Assembly: GCA_012026655.1 (NCBI GenBank)
Contig: JAAILG010000504.1
Span: 1-64,000, forward strand
Source: Hydrolagus affinis
Lineage: Eukaryota
DNA: 64,000 nucleotides
Reading direction: 5' to 3'
Each line of letters opens with the position of its first letter. The stretch's first letter is position 1. Under the pieces are notes generated by a model. It was not told where the DNA came from, ran no database searches, and saw nothing but the letters and a program-made list of their open reading frames with translations. Shown here in pieces: positions 1-13,900 of this stretch. The position numbers and the translations under genes were made by a program.

Positions 1-737
1 TTGTTGTTGTTGTTGTTGTCATAACATGTTCATGACCTTTTTAATATAAAAAAAAGTCCTTGCTGGTATTGTAGAATGTAATGTATTAAAGAGCCATTTG
101 AAAATTAAATTGACCTCTTTTCTGTATCCTCTTATGCTACTGTAGTGGATTTACCGTCAATTCTGTTTGAATTTTTTCTTCCAAAAAATTACATTCAACT
201 TGAAACTTTTTTTTTGCTGTGCTGCTTATATTGAAATGATATTGGGCCATAGCCACACACTTATTATTTATTAAGATTGTCACATAAATATTGGTCATGA
301 GCTGGTCATGTTGTTGTAATAGTAATGGTTATTTTTAATTTCATTTTGGGGAGTGCAAGCTTCTGCCAGTGCTCCAACTTTATGAAAAGCTTTGTCTACT
401 AACTCCAGTTTACTGATAATGTAGCATTGCTTTTTATTCTTTTGATCCAAATGTCAGTTATAGCCCAAAGTCTGCTGAAAAATATTTAGTATTATACAGG
501 GAAATTGCAGTACAGTATTTGGCAGTAACCTCAACCAGAGGTTTAGAGAAGAGGTGCAGAGAAGATTATTGCCATTCTAATATTGTCTCATTGAGACACC
601 TTGTTTATTGTGCTGCTGAGATAATTTTGTAGTTTGTAATATTTTGTTTTCTAATTAGAGTTTGACTCGAACATTTTTTTTACTGTTACTATTATTTGCA
701 TCAAAAAAGATCTGTTTTAAGTTTTTTTTGTTACTAG

Positions 738-3700
738 ATGATACATCTTTGTTTGGATTGTGACAAAACATCAGTTTTGCTGAGTTGTTTGGACTTTGCC
801 TCTGAGATATCCCTGAAGACGATAATCTTTGTTAGTTGTGCTGAGGAAGTGGACCATGTGTTCAAAGTAGGTATTAGTGCAGATAAAATCCTTCCATCTC
901 TGCTTGTTTTTTCTTATATGAGTATATTTAGAATAATTTAATGTGAATTAATTGAGTTACATAATTATGGTGGGTTCCTTTTCTTGTACAGTAGTTAGTG
1001 CCTCTACAAAAAATGCTTAGTGCACCATTCTGTTTTTGTTCACTCAATGCAATTGTGTAAATTGTGTTGAAATAATTGGAGCTCCTGCGGCTCAGTGGTT
1101 AGAGCACTTGTCTTGCAAGATGGGGAGACCTATGTTCGAATCCAGGCAGATCTGGGCGAAACCTTGGGCCAGTTTCCTTACTACACACGTCTAATAATAA
1201 TCCCTTCAAAAAAAAACACAATAATAAAATTGGTCATTTCAATCCATGACTGTTTGTGGGACACTGCTGTGTGCAATTGGCTGCTGCGATTTGCCCACAA
1301 ATAATTCAAGTAAAGTCAATTCACCATACAGTATATTCTGTGAAGCACTTTGGGACATTGATAAAATGTGAAAAGCGCTATATCAAATGCAAGGATTATT
1401 ATTATTGTGCTTCTTTGCAAATTATCGGGACAGAAAAATTAAGGTTTATCTCACTCCATTTATTTATGATGTTGACAAAGTACTTTATTAAGGACAATTA
1501 ACCTTAATTGTTAAGGTTAAGAATTAAAAATAATTGTTTTAAGATTAATTATTGCATTTAACATAGTGCCAGTTATGTTAAAATTAATTGCTGCCAAGAG
1601 TAATCGCTATGTGTTTGTAGTCAGACACAGCAGCCAATTTGCATACAGCAAGGTCCCACAAAGTGATTGGAGTCATGAAGTGATTATTAACTTGTTAAAT
1701 AAACTAAATTTTTTGGAATAGTGTAATTAAATGCATGATGGCAGTAATATATTAAATTTTTGCAAGAATTATTTTAGTAAGAGAAAAATATGTTCATGAA
1801 TGCAATCAACCACAGTGCCTCCTGTCCTGCCTTTCAACATATGTTTCCTTGTTTGCTTTAGCTAATAAATAAAAAATAATGGAATATATATGTTAACCCT
1901 AGAGAGAACTAATCTAAAAATAAGAATCAAATTAACTTCTTGAACAACTTTCTCATAACTTTTATTTTAGGCTTTGGACAGTAACTCAAATTTCTGTATG
2001 AAGATCCATGGGGCACAGAAATTTCAGTTTAGCAATACTGCAGATCAGTGGAATAAGGAATTCAGTCCTGGCACACATGTAATATTGGGTGAGCATTTTA
2101 ACACTTGAATTTTAGATGTGCACAGGAAAATGTTCTTTTAATATATATGCTAAATCCAATTCTTACTGCAACAACAACTTGCATTTGCATAGCATATAAT
2201 GGCATTTTCATTAGTTGCTCATTTCTACAAAGAAGGATTGGTATTTGACCATTTGATATAGTCAAACATTGCTAGTGATCCAAGTAGCTCCGGATACCAT
2301 CACATGATACTTTTGTATTAATTGGTGCACTATAAATAACACAAAGTTAAGAGAATTCAGAAAACCTAATTTAAATATGAATTTGCTTGACAGTTATGAC
2401 TGATGAATGCATTCAGGCCTTAGGAATCACAGATGCCACCTGTGTAGTCCATTATGGTTTCCCCTCTTCTTGGAAGGCATTTGGAGCTCGTCTGTGTTGC
2501 ATGGTTGACAATTTTGAGAATTGTATTGTGGAGGTAAGTAATGAGTTGTGTCATTTGTGGGCAAGGGTTCTTTGTTGATGAAAAAGATCCAGGGGATCAT
2601 TATCTGATTTTTTTTAACCACAGCTGAATTATTTATGGCCATGTGTATATAGTTTGGTTTACATATTTACATATCCTATAAACTCTAAATTAAATGTTTT
2701 TTTTGTGTGTATTACATTTGTTTCTACTGACTAGAGGACAATAGGACAATTTTCCTTACTCCACATTCCCTTTGTTTACCTCGCAAAAAGTAGGAACCTG
2801 GTTGTTAGGCAATTGGCAAATCACTTTTCCGCAGGTAATGAATGATTCCTTTTAAAAAAAAGATTGGTCACTCAATCCACGACTGTTGGTGGGATACTGC
2901 TTTCTCCCATAAAATATACAGTCAATTTACTTTACAGTATAATCTGTGAAGCGTTTTGAAATGTCTTGAAGACGTGATAAGCCACTATATCAAAATGCAA
3001 GAATGATTGTTATTCAGCACAAATGAAGCTCTGTTGTAACACTAACACAAATAAAACAAAACTCTTACCACCAGGGATTAACTCCTCAAAGCCAATCAAT
3101 TGCACTGATGACTGATAAAAATGCACATCAGGCAGCTGCTATTCTGAACTACTTAGAAAGAACAAAGGCTACGATTCCTACAGAATTGTATGAATTTATT
3201 GCTGGTTTGAACAACAAAGACACTTATGAGAAATCTTTATGTAAATACCTGAAGATGCAAGGAATATGCAGGTATGTAGAATTACCGATGTTTGTTCAGT
3301 AGGGTTGAAATTGTGAAACCACAACAAATTGCATTTATTTAGTGCCTGTCATGTCAGGGGGGTGTTCCAAAGTACTGTTTTAATATATTAGTATATTAAT
3401 GTTGCTTTCTGTAAGGATTCATGCAACAATGAACTAACACTAGTTGTGTAGATTGAAATTTATTCTTTTAACATTCCGTGAATAGTCGGTTTATATTTGT
3501 ATTATGTGTTAATAGGAATAGAAAATGTTGTAGTGATCGTCATCAACTTCACCCAGTTATAGATAAACCACGATGTCTTACCTTTGAAAATAGATTACCA
3601 TCAACGGGATATGTTGAGGTAAAATTGCCTTTATGTGTTTCCTGAGAATGAGTTTACTTTTAATGTTTTACTTATATTTTTGTCATTTTTCTGTAGTAGT

Positions 3701-6700
3701 AGGATGTTCTAGAATCTGCTGAATATGGCATGTGTGAGTGGTAAAACTGGAAAATGCTGGCTTTGTTTAATGTTAATCTTTTGCTGTGACTTTTCATCCA
3801 AATTGTTAGCCTTTGTACCTCCTTTTATCCTGATGGATCTGCTCTGCATTTTTATTTCCTATGTCAGTTGTGTTAATCATTTGATCTGGATTTTTATTTA
3901 GAAAATAACAACTATATAAATTTATGAGCGGCACCTCTCTGTACACAGCAAAAGATGATTGAGTGAACAACACAAAGTCAATAACATTTCAGATGATAAG
4001 CAAGTGTAGATTGAAGCAAATTATTTTATTTTCTGATGGTTGGCCAGTGCTTATTTCTGAATGTGTGGAGAATACCTTTCTTCGAAAAATTAAGATTCTC
4101 TCAATTAGGTACTTTTGAAGGGGATGGAATAGGTTATTTTTCTCACATCTGGTAAATTGAAATTTGTCTAGATTATTCCAATGTGTGTCAAAGAGGCTTC
4201 CCGTTATTTTGGACGAATAATAAGTCACAGAAAGAAGTGGCAGAACACCCCAGTTTCAATGGAGGAGGGATATCTGAAGATGTTGAAAGACCTGACTGAC
4301 TTCTTTGCAGATAAGAATCACAGACAACCAGCTAAACAACTGCAACTGTCTGCTCTTTATGGATTTGAGGACAGCACATATAACAGGTAAAAAGAGGCCT
4401 CTTTTGCAGCTATCAGCAAGACTCACTAACAGTAAAGAAACCTAATAAACATGTAGCAGATTAGGTTCTAAGAGGTGTTTTTCATTTTGGTATTTTGTAA
4501 ATATGTACTAGGAAAGCATGTGAAAAATAAGTAAATTGGTGCAATTTCATAAACTGTATAAACATTAATGTTTGTTAATGACATTTATTGAAAGAATTCT
4601 ATCAACATTATGTAAATAATTTGGCATTTTCCTCCCTGCCCTCAATCAATGGATTTCTGCCAATAAACTGAAAAAGTCCATTTGAACTGACCCTATTTGC
4701 CCACAGATTACATAGTCAATCCACTTTACAGTGAATCCTAAGGCAGTTTGTGTTTCTTTCTCTAGCCAGTTAAATGTAACTAGGATACAAACCAAATTTG
4801 AAGTTCAGGTTTTATCCTTTCCACGAATGACATGCATTTATAAATAATCCTTTAAACTTCAGAGATAGATATGAATGAGCTGTAAACCAAATTCACTTGT
4901 CTGATCTGTAGATCGGAATAAATTAGGTGATCTAAACCCACTTTTGATCACAGTATGGTCATTCTCTGCTGAGTGGTGTCCATGTGGATATCAGGTAAGG
5001 ATAGGATCAGACTGGCATAGAATCATAGAATCCTATGGCACAAAAGGAGGCCATTCAGCCCATCGAGTCTGTGCCAGCTCTTTAAAAAAAAGAGCAATTT
5101 AATCCCACTCCCCAGCTCTCTCCCCATAACCTTGCAAACCCGTCCTCCCCAAATAAATGTCTACCTCTCTATTAAAAGTTGTTACCTTTTCAGGCAATGC
5201 ATTCCAGATTCGAACAACTCGCTGAGTGAAAAAATTTCTCACCTCCCCTCTGCTTCTTTTTGAAACTATTTTAAATCTGTGACTACGAGTCACTGATTCG
5301 CCCACCAGTGGAAACAGGTTTTCCCTATCTACTCTGTCGAATCCCCACATGAACTTAAAAACCTCTATTAGGTCTCCTTGCAAATCTTCTGTGTTCCAAT
5401 GAGAATAAGCCTAGCCTCTCTAGCCTTTCCTCATAGCTGAAGTCCCTGACATCATGTCCATTGTTTGAATTATCCTCTAATGCTTATTGACTCAACTCCT
5501 TAACACCAACAATGCTTACACATATTTAGCACCTTCCATGCAGGATGTTGTCTCAGAGTGGCAGATCTTAATAGTGCGGAGCCTGACTCCTTAGTGAAGA
5601 ATGCCCACCCGAGTGAAGAAAAGAAAATCTAAAGACCTTGTTGAATTCTACTCCAGCAGGAATTATTATTGTCACACTGGGAGAGGTGAAGAAAACTTCA
5701 GTAGCATTTTTCTGTTGTGTTTTAAAGGGTGCAGTTAATATCATTGCCAAAGAAAGTGGACAGTGCAGCTTTCAACAATGTAGAAGTGAAGTATATCGAC
5801 AGTGGTCAAATGGCAATAGTCAGAGAGAACCAGCTGCTCCAGCTTCCTGCACACTTTCAGCTTTTGCCAACACAGGCTGTGGAATTTGTTTTATGTAGAG
5901 TGAAACCTATTGACAATGAAATGGATTGGAATCCACAGGTAAGCAGTGAAAGTTTAAAGAATACAGTAAAAGTCTGTTTATCCGTGACCCGAAAAACCAT
6001 AACTTCCGTATAACCGGCACCTCAAAAAAAAGGTCCCCATTCAATTAACCAGATCTTATCTGGCACAATTGCTGTGGTCCATTTAATGAGTCGATTGTTG
6101 CACTAGAGTACAGTATGATTAGTTCTGAATGCTGCCGGTAGTGCATTTCCGGTTTTGGGTCATAAAGGGGCACTGTTTTTCCTCCTTTTTCTCTCACTCC
6201 CTCTCTTTCCTTCCTCTTTATCTCTCCCTCGCTCTTTCTATCTCTTCCCCTTTCTTTCCCTCTCTCTCTGACGGATATTACATATTGTCTGTGTAGGCTG
6301 ACGATATCGTGGGTTTATACACTATTTTGGTGGGGGTGGGATGGGAGAAGGAGAGAGAGGCAGGGAGAGAAAGAGGGTGGGGGGGTGGGGGGGGAAGAAG
6401 GGGAGGGAAAAAGGATGGGAGGAGAAAAAGAGAGTGGGAGGGGAGAGAGAGAGGGGGTGAGTTGATTAATTTAGATGGAAAATGAGAGGAGTGGAGAGGG
6501 GTTGGGTTTGGAGCCATTGGGATACCAGACTGACTGAGTGTGTGTGTGAAAGAGAGAGAGAGGGAGAGGGAAGGAGGGAGAGAAAGAAAGGAAAAAACGG
6601 CAGTACAGCTTTAAGCCACTGCAGTCTGCCATTGTAGAAGTTTGCTTTGTGATTGTGTGCTGTGTTTATAGACTATAATCGATATTTATTGCTTTATTGT

Positions 6701-7913
6701 TAAGTATCCATACAATATTCTGTTATTATTTAGTCTATTATTAATATGGTATGTTTAAAAAATGTTAATTACTTTTTTTTAAAGTTATTTTTTTGTGTGT
6801 TGGGTTTTCGGCAGTTGGCCACCCGAATATCCTGCAGGCGGTTTAACTGGCATTTTCCAGGTCCCGAGGGTGCCGGATAAACAAGCTTTACTGTACTTGT
6901 TTTCTGATACTTGCAAGATTAATCATTTTTACTTCATTCCCATTAATTTCTGTTTTTGTGACACAGGAAAATCTTTTCTATTTGTTTTGTGTTATTATTG
7001 TTATTATTAACCAAAACTTAATGTCTGATTTTAAAAAGATTTCGAGATCTATCAAACAAAAAATCACTGGTAAACTACATGAAGCTAAAATTGTTCTTGC
7101 TGTTGGTAACACACTATGGCTGGATCCTGTGGTGAGCTGCTTGCTTTATCATTTACAATATTAATCTTCTGACTTGAATAAAGTGCTAAATATGTAAGAT
7201 TTTGTTATTTAATGTGTGTGGACTTTCTCTTTTGTATCTTAAGTTAGAACATTTTAACTGGCGATGTTGAATATATTGCAATATTAGAGAATTTCTATTC
7301 TTGTGGAACTTGTTTTTTTTCTTCAAATATTAAAAATAGGTCGCTTTAAAATGTAGAATTCTATATGCATTAAGAGTATACTGTTGTGTAGTTCTGAGGT
7401 ACCATATTTTTGTATATAATGCAATCCCAAACCAAATATTTATCAGCATGTTGTTATAACAACTTGTCTGTGTTACTAAGGTCCGTGTAATTAAGCTGGC
7501 GGATCTGAAAACTACAATAACTGAATATAACGTTCGCTCAGAGATCATGAACTCTGGATTTGGAACTGATAATCCAGAGCACATTGGAAAGCTAAAGTCA
7601 CTTTACGAGAGAGTGGATCCCAGTTTATCCAATGAGGATTCTCCCCAGAAGGAGTAGGTTGCTATGAAATTAACGCAACATTACAGTGTATTAGTTTCTA
7701 CACCATAAATCTTAATTTTAATTTTTTTTAATGTTAATCAATGGCATTAAAAATACATTTTTAAACCTGTGTAATTAATACATTTGTGAGGTCAACTCTG
7801 CTTTTAACTTTCCCCTCCCACTCAATTTATTCTGCAATATTAGGTCCCATCTGTAACACCTCATCACGAAAATGATCATGAAACCTTGAAACCTGTTTTT
7901 TGTTATTTTCTAC

Positions 7914-7944
<31 letters not shown>

Positions 7945-10900
7945 GCTCTGTGTTTTATGGAATAAAATTTATTTTCATTTCTTCATATTCTTTAACTCTG
8001 GTTGTGTCCAGCAACTTACTGTGAAATGTAGCCAAGATCAGAAACTCACTAGATAGGAGAAATTGTTGGATCAGAAATTCATCTTATTATCAGAGTGATG
8101 TAAACTTGACCTCCCCTACATTCATGTGAATTTTAAAAACACCAGATTCTGCAAATACAATTGTTAACTTGGCTGCCTCAATTTAGTTGGTTTACATTAT
8201 GTTCAAGGAAGTTATGAAATTAAACTTACTGCAGATGTTTTTTTTTTACAGACTCAACAGAAGAGAGCTAAAATTTGCTGTTCTGGAGGATAATGGAAAT
8301 TACCATTCAGTCATTATATCTGAATTTACCAACCCACACGACTTTTATGTACAACTTGTAGCAACTCAGAAAAAGTAAACAAATCTATGTTGTTGCAGAA
8401 ATGTGTTATTTCAAGTATTTAAATGTATTATATAGATTATGTTTTCTAAATTTCAACAACTGTTTTTGTTGCTAAATAGACTGTGTACTTTGGAGGATGA
8501 GATTAACCAAACTGCTATAGAAAAAGAGGAATTTATTTCACCAGCTGTTGGTGATTTGTGTTTGGCACTCAGTGGAACTGAGAAGAGGTAACTAATGTGT
8601 CTTATTGTCAGTATTTCCCCCCAAACTCTCCTTCCCTTTCCTCCCTTTACTGGGTGCATGGATATAAATCTTACACTGGACACTATACTGCCCTGGTCAA
8701 ACTCTCTAAACATCTGTGATCAGGGCTCTCTCTGCCTCCTTGATCCATCTGTTGCTTTCGACACTGTCGACCATTCCAGGGCTCTGTCCTTGGCCCCCTA
8801 TGCTTCAATATCTACATGCTCCCCATTGGTGTCGCAGACATGGGGTTAACTTCCACATGTATGCAGATGACACCCAATTCTATCTTTCTGCCTTGACCGT
8901 CGATTCCAGGACCACTGCTGCTCTGACAGACTTCCTGTCAGACATCAAATCCTGGATGAGAGCTAACTTTCTACCGCAGCTTACTGTGGAGACTCCAGCT
9001 CGGATCTGAAACATTGATTGTCCAGCGCCTTGGGACATCCTCCTCACATGAAAGGCGCTGTACAAATGTAATTTTGTTATTGTTAATCCTTTACTTTTCT
9101 GTATCAGTGCCTCTTTTGGTAACCCTTTTCATCTTTCACATTTTTTTAAAAAAATCGGAGGTGTTATAGAGGAAAGATCTTGTCATCTGCTGATACCAAA
9201 GGAGAATATCAGGTGTTCAATATGGATTCTGGGTCTTGCAATTGGGTTTCCCTGAACAAAATTAAACATTTTCCCAAAGCAGATTTTAACCTTCCTTTTC
9301 AGGTCAGTTCAATTGTTTAACTCAAATGTAAATTGAGTACCTGTACTGTAGATCGATTTTGAAAATGGTAACTTGAATTCTAACATTGGGTAAATATAAA
9401 ATAAACTTTCAATCATGAACATCTTTACCAACAATTCTCAATAGGATAAGAATTCTGGTGCCTTTTGACACAAAGTTTTAAATTGGCTAATTATTGAAAA
9501 TGTATATTTATTAATCAACTACAAATTCGCTTTTTTTTCAACTATTTTCTGCTATTTTGGAAAGTATTATGTTTAGCTATATAGGATAATATGTAGGTTT
9601 GGGAAAATGATTAGTAAAAACTATACCTGTTTTATATTGCAGGCAATCTGGTGTTCTCTGTATGGAATAGAGCATGTGGGAGAAAGCTGGGAGCTGGAGA
9701 CTAACAAAGCCATGCAGATCACCTTTAAGGGCAAGGAACTTCAAGCTAAAGTTATCAAACAAAGTAAAAATGCTGAAAGTGAGTTAATATTAATTGACAA
9801 CACCCACACTTTTGTTTTTTAAATTCTGATTAGACTAAAGTGTTTTTCAACTTAACCGTAAAATTGCTTGCTCAATATTCAAATAGTTGCAAAATGTGCA
9901 GATTTTCTTGACTTCAAGGGGGGGAAAAAATATATATTTTTAAATGGTCTTAATGGCATATGGTAATACTTAAGTTTGTAATAAAAGAATGAATATTGTA
10001 CTAAACAGCTGCACATGTCCTAGTTTTAACTTTTGATTGGATAAGTCCTGAAATTGATAGTGTAGCAAACTGCAATAATTTTTTTTCAATAAAATAATGA
10101 ATGATGTTATTAATGCATGTCTTAAGGCTTTTTAAAAATCCTTTTGTAGCTTGTGCAGTGTGTTACCATGTGGATATACAAGATCTTTCTAATGCAAGTT
10201 TTGTGAAGCTATCAGAATGGATTATTTCTAAAGGACATGGTCGAGGGATTCCTACAACTTTAAATCAGCTATTCCCTGAAGCAGCAAATAGTCAAAGCAA
10301 CTCGGTTGCAGGCCTGTGTTCTTCAGTCTATGCTCTTTTAGGCGATAAAAATTGTAAGTGCATATATGAATGTCAAATTGATAAAATACCTTTGATGCTA
10401 ATTTTAAGAGCTGAATAAATGTGAAAATTTTATTTTAAAGCCTCCTCATTAAGGGGAACAATAGTGGAAGAGATAAAAAACAAAGTGCTGCAATACCCGG
10501 TGGATTATACGTCAGAATTGGGTGATATGCGCTACATGTGTAGGCTGCTGAGATTCTTGCATGCACCAAAAGAACAAGCTGATTTAGTAGCTGCTATAAC
10601 ATATATGGCAAAGCTGAATATAAGGTGAGCCTATGTATGAGCCTATGCAGAACAAGGTTTAATTGATTGCACAATGCGGGTTTTGCATTGCAGTAACACA
10701 AGATGGCAGTAAAGTTGCAGTATAATTCTGCCAAACTCATGCTGAGTGTTAGACGATTGTGTGTTTATGTAGAGCTGAGCTTGTGGTCGAAGAGAAAAAG
10801 AGCATAAAACTTGTAAAAAATATATATTTTTAAATCCATTGGGAAAGTCAATTCAAAAGTTTCTCCTGCTTTAGCCTTTATCAGCTATACAGGCAGATTC

Positions 10901-13900
10901 ACTCTGAACTGGATATCGGTCTGTGGACATTTTCTTTGATAATTTTACATAGGTGCCTAGGAAAATTAAGCCCTACTTTCAGAGGTTAATAGATAATTGA
11001 TCAATACCTATTTACAAATTTTAAATCATTTTGATGCCTAGAAATTCATGGTTTTCTACTAGCCTGAAATGTAATTAATCCAATACAATCTTGCACTTAA
11101 ATGTTTTTGCTACATTGTAATTTCTAAATTTTTTAATATAATATTAAAATTAGGAGACTTTCATTTCAGAAAACTTGATGAAATCATAGAAGAAAAGGGA
11201 ATTTACACCCTTGTGAACCTTCTTCACGGTGAGACAGAGTCAATTTATGTTTAACAACAACAACTTGTATTTATATAGCGCTCTCCTTGCCAGTCGGCGT
11301 CTCACAGCGCTTCACAATGCTGGAGCCCAAGGCCAAGCCAGGAGGAGAGGGAAGGTGACCGTAAGTGCGGTCGAAGAGAAAGTTCTTCAGTTGCGACCTG
11401 AAGATAGGAAAGGAGGGGGTGAGGCAAGGGGGTTGAGGGAGGGAGCTGCAAAGTTTTGGGGGTTAGTGGCTGAAAGCATGGCCACCAATGGTGTAGTAGA
11501 GGATTTGGGAGATAAGGAGGCCAAATCCGTAATGGATACTGCTGTAAAGAGAGTAGAGGTTAGAGAGGTAAGGGGGTGCAGGGGAGTGGATGGATTTAAA
11601 CATGAATGAGGAATTTAATCTTTAAAATTTTATGTAAATATCTATTCACCCTCTTCAGAGCTTTATTCAATGTTATAATTTAAATTTGACAGGAAAGTGC
11701 TGATTGAACACATTTTCATATGATTTTTCCCTTGGCTTTAGGGGCAACTGATGCAATGTTACAAGAATCTATTTGTATTGCACTTGGGATTCTAACAGAA
11801 AACAGTGAATTGCGCTCAGCTATTGCTGACACTGATGTATTGAAACACTTATGTTGGTTATTAAAAACACCAGCTAAAGATAAAATATGGGAAGCTGCTG
11901 TTGGAACATTGGCTGCACTTCTTTTCTCAGACAGGTATAAAGAACGACTGTTGGTACTGTGCTAATAGAATAATAATTAAAAGGCTTTAAAATTATGAAA
12001 CAAAATCATCTTGCCTCAACACAGTTAGGACTATTTTTTTTTAAATTATGCAAACAAAAAACTTACCTTGATATTCTTCCTCCCGATTCCATACTGAGTG
12101 TGGAACTGTATTGTCAAATATTTTCAGACTACAGTATATTTATCTATATAATCTAACACAAGAGGGAGAATTTATTTCAAAAGATAAGCTTCCATTAGAG
12201 CAGGAAGTCGTTATAACAATAATAAGTCATTGAGTTCTCTGAAGTTCTCTTTTTGTGCTCTTTTAACTAGTAATTTTTTTTCTTGTTGCCATCTAAACAT
12301 TTGCTTCTAAGAATTGAGCTGCACAGTACACTATCTTTACAACTAGTACAAGAAAGCAAATTGTTTTCCCATCCCTACATCCACATAGAAAGAAGTATAA
12401 TTATTCTTACCTACAGGTTAATAAGTGGCATAAAAGCTATTTTTTAACCAAAGTTCTAAAGATAGCAGAGCCATATGCAGTATTTGCCTATTATTTGGTG
12501 TTTTTTCAGCAGCTTATCTCAAATGATTTTCTGAGAGTGTCATTCATTATTTATATTTTATATTTGGGAATTAGGGGAATTAATGTTAACATTATACTGT
12601 AATTTGACAATGATTTTCTAACACCATATGCTATTTCATGCACATATTTATACATGTACTAAGCCTAGTACTTTCGCAGGGCTTGTACAGAGGTTGAAGA
12701 CCAACAGATTATTGGGCATCTTTGCACAAAGCTTCATGAATCTGCGACAGGAGAGGTATAATCAGACTGTTCAACTGTACTAAACTTGTGAATTATAAGC
12801 ATTGTTCAAGTTTCTAAAACTTGTGTCTTGTATGAGTTCTGTGCTGTATGACAATTTAGTGTGTTCCATTCATGACCTAAATTGTAGTGGCATTATAGTT
12901 TAATGCATCTCAATGTATTTAATTCAAAAATACAGCATGAAATTTTTAAAAATCCTAGTTCATAACTAGTCACAGAGTGTAATTTAAGTTAAAACTTATT
13001 CTTAGGTTTTGGAAAATCTTCTGAGAACCTTGTGTCATCTGAGTGGTAAACCACAGAATTTGAACTTGATGCTGGCAAGTGAACTTAATTTGACTGTTGA
13101 CTGGTATGTATTGCAACAGTCACAAAAAATGTAAGTGATTTTTACTGTAGACATTCTATAAACCAAGGAAAATATAGTAAAATAAATTAGATGTAACACG
13201 TTGTGCATTAATTGTAACTAAGTAAACTCCATTAAAATGTAACTATTAAACAATGCTTTCTTCAATATTTTTAGGCTTTTATCAAGTAAACCTTGCCAGG
13301 ATGTTTCATCCACACTCATGAGTAATTTGAAATTTTCTCTGGCAAGTTTAAATTCTGCACAGCAGTACCTGGAAAATGATACAGCCCTCAATCAAGAAAA
13401 TTCTGGTATGACTTTACAAGAATGTGATTATGTTATAACTGTAATGTAGTTTAATTTCTGGTAGATTTTTGAAACAGTGTATATCTTACCAATAGATATG
13501 GCATTAGTAGTGCTAATTACATCTACATCTTTACTGTTTTATTTAAACAACTGCGTTATTCACATTTGGCTGTGCTCACCTCTAAGTTGTAAATTTGAAA
13601 GTACTTTTAATAGTCTAAGACTTGGTGGCCAACCTTTTTGGAAACTAAATACAAGTTCTTTGAATGCAAAATAGGAAAGTATTTGTACCTATATCTTTGC
13701 TATTTGGTAGCTGTTTGAAAAGGCCTTCACTGGCATTTTATTTCCTGCATATTTAAGTAAAAGATATTTTATAATGTGAGCCAAAGTTATTTGTAACGAT
13801 GATTGGTGAATTCTAATAATAATGTTTCCATTTGTTAATACGCTTTTCACATCTTCTAGACGTCTCAAAGCACTTTGCAGAATATACTATAAAGTGAACT

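Noticed and set aside
1077-1150. tRNA-like sequences with A/B boxes (also ~14065-14130, 15196-15260, 33186-33257, 37044-37112)
   Set aside because: These are SINE heads: they run into a shared SINE body and tail and lack a convincing cloverleaf.
5099-5383. Short ORFs at 5099-5383, 8716-9009, 31709-31939, 32182-32466 and 34073-34312 as host genes
   Set aside because: They are CR1/L2 reverse-transcriptase ORF2 remnants.
6278-6517. Proline/serine-rich ORF
   Set aside because: It is a translation of a low-complexity purine tract inside a DNA element.
8252-13405. A separate Tudor/ARM gene nested in TDRD12
   Set aside because: The exons are on the same strand, need no start or stop of their own, and their phases join seamlessly to the flanking TDRD12 exons.
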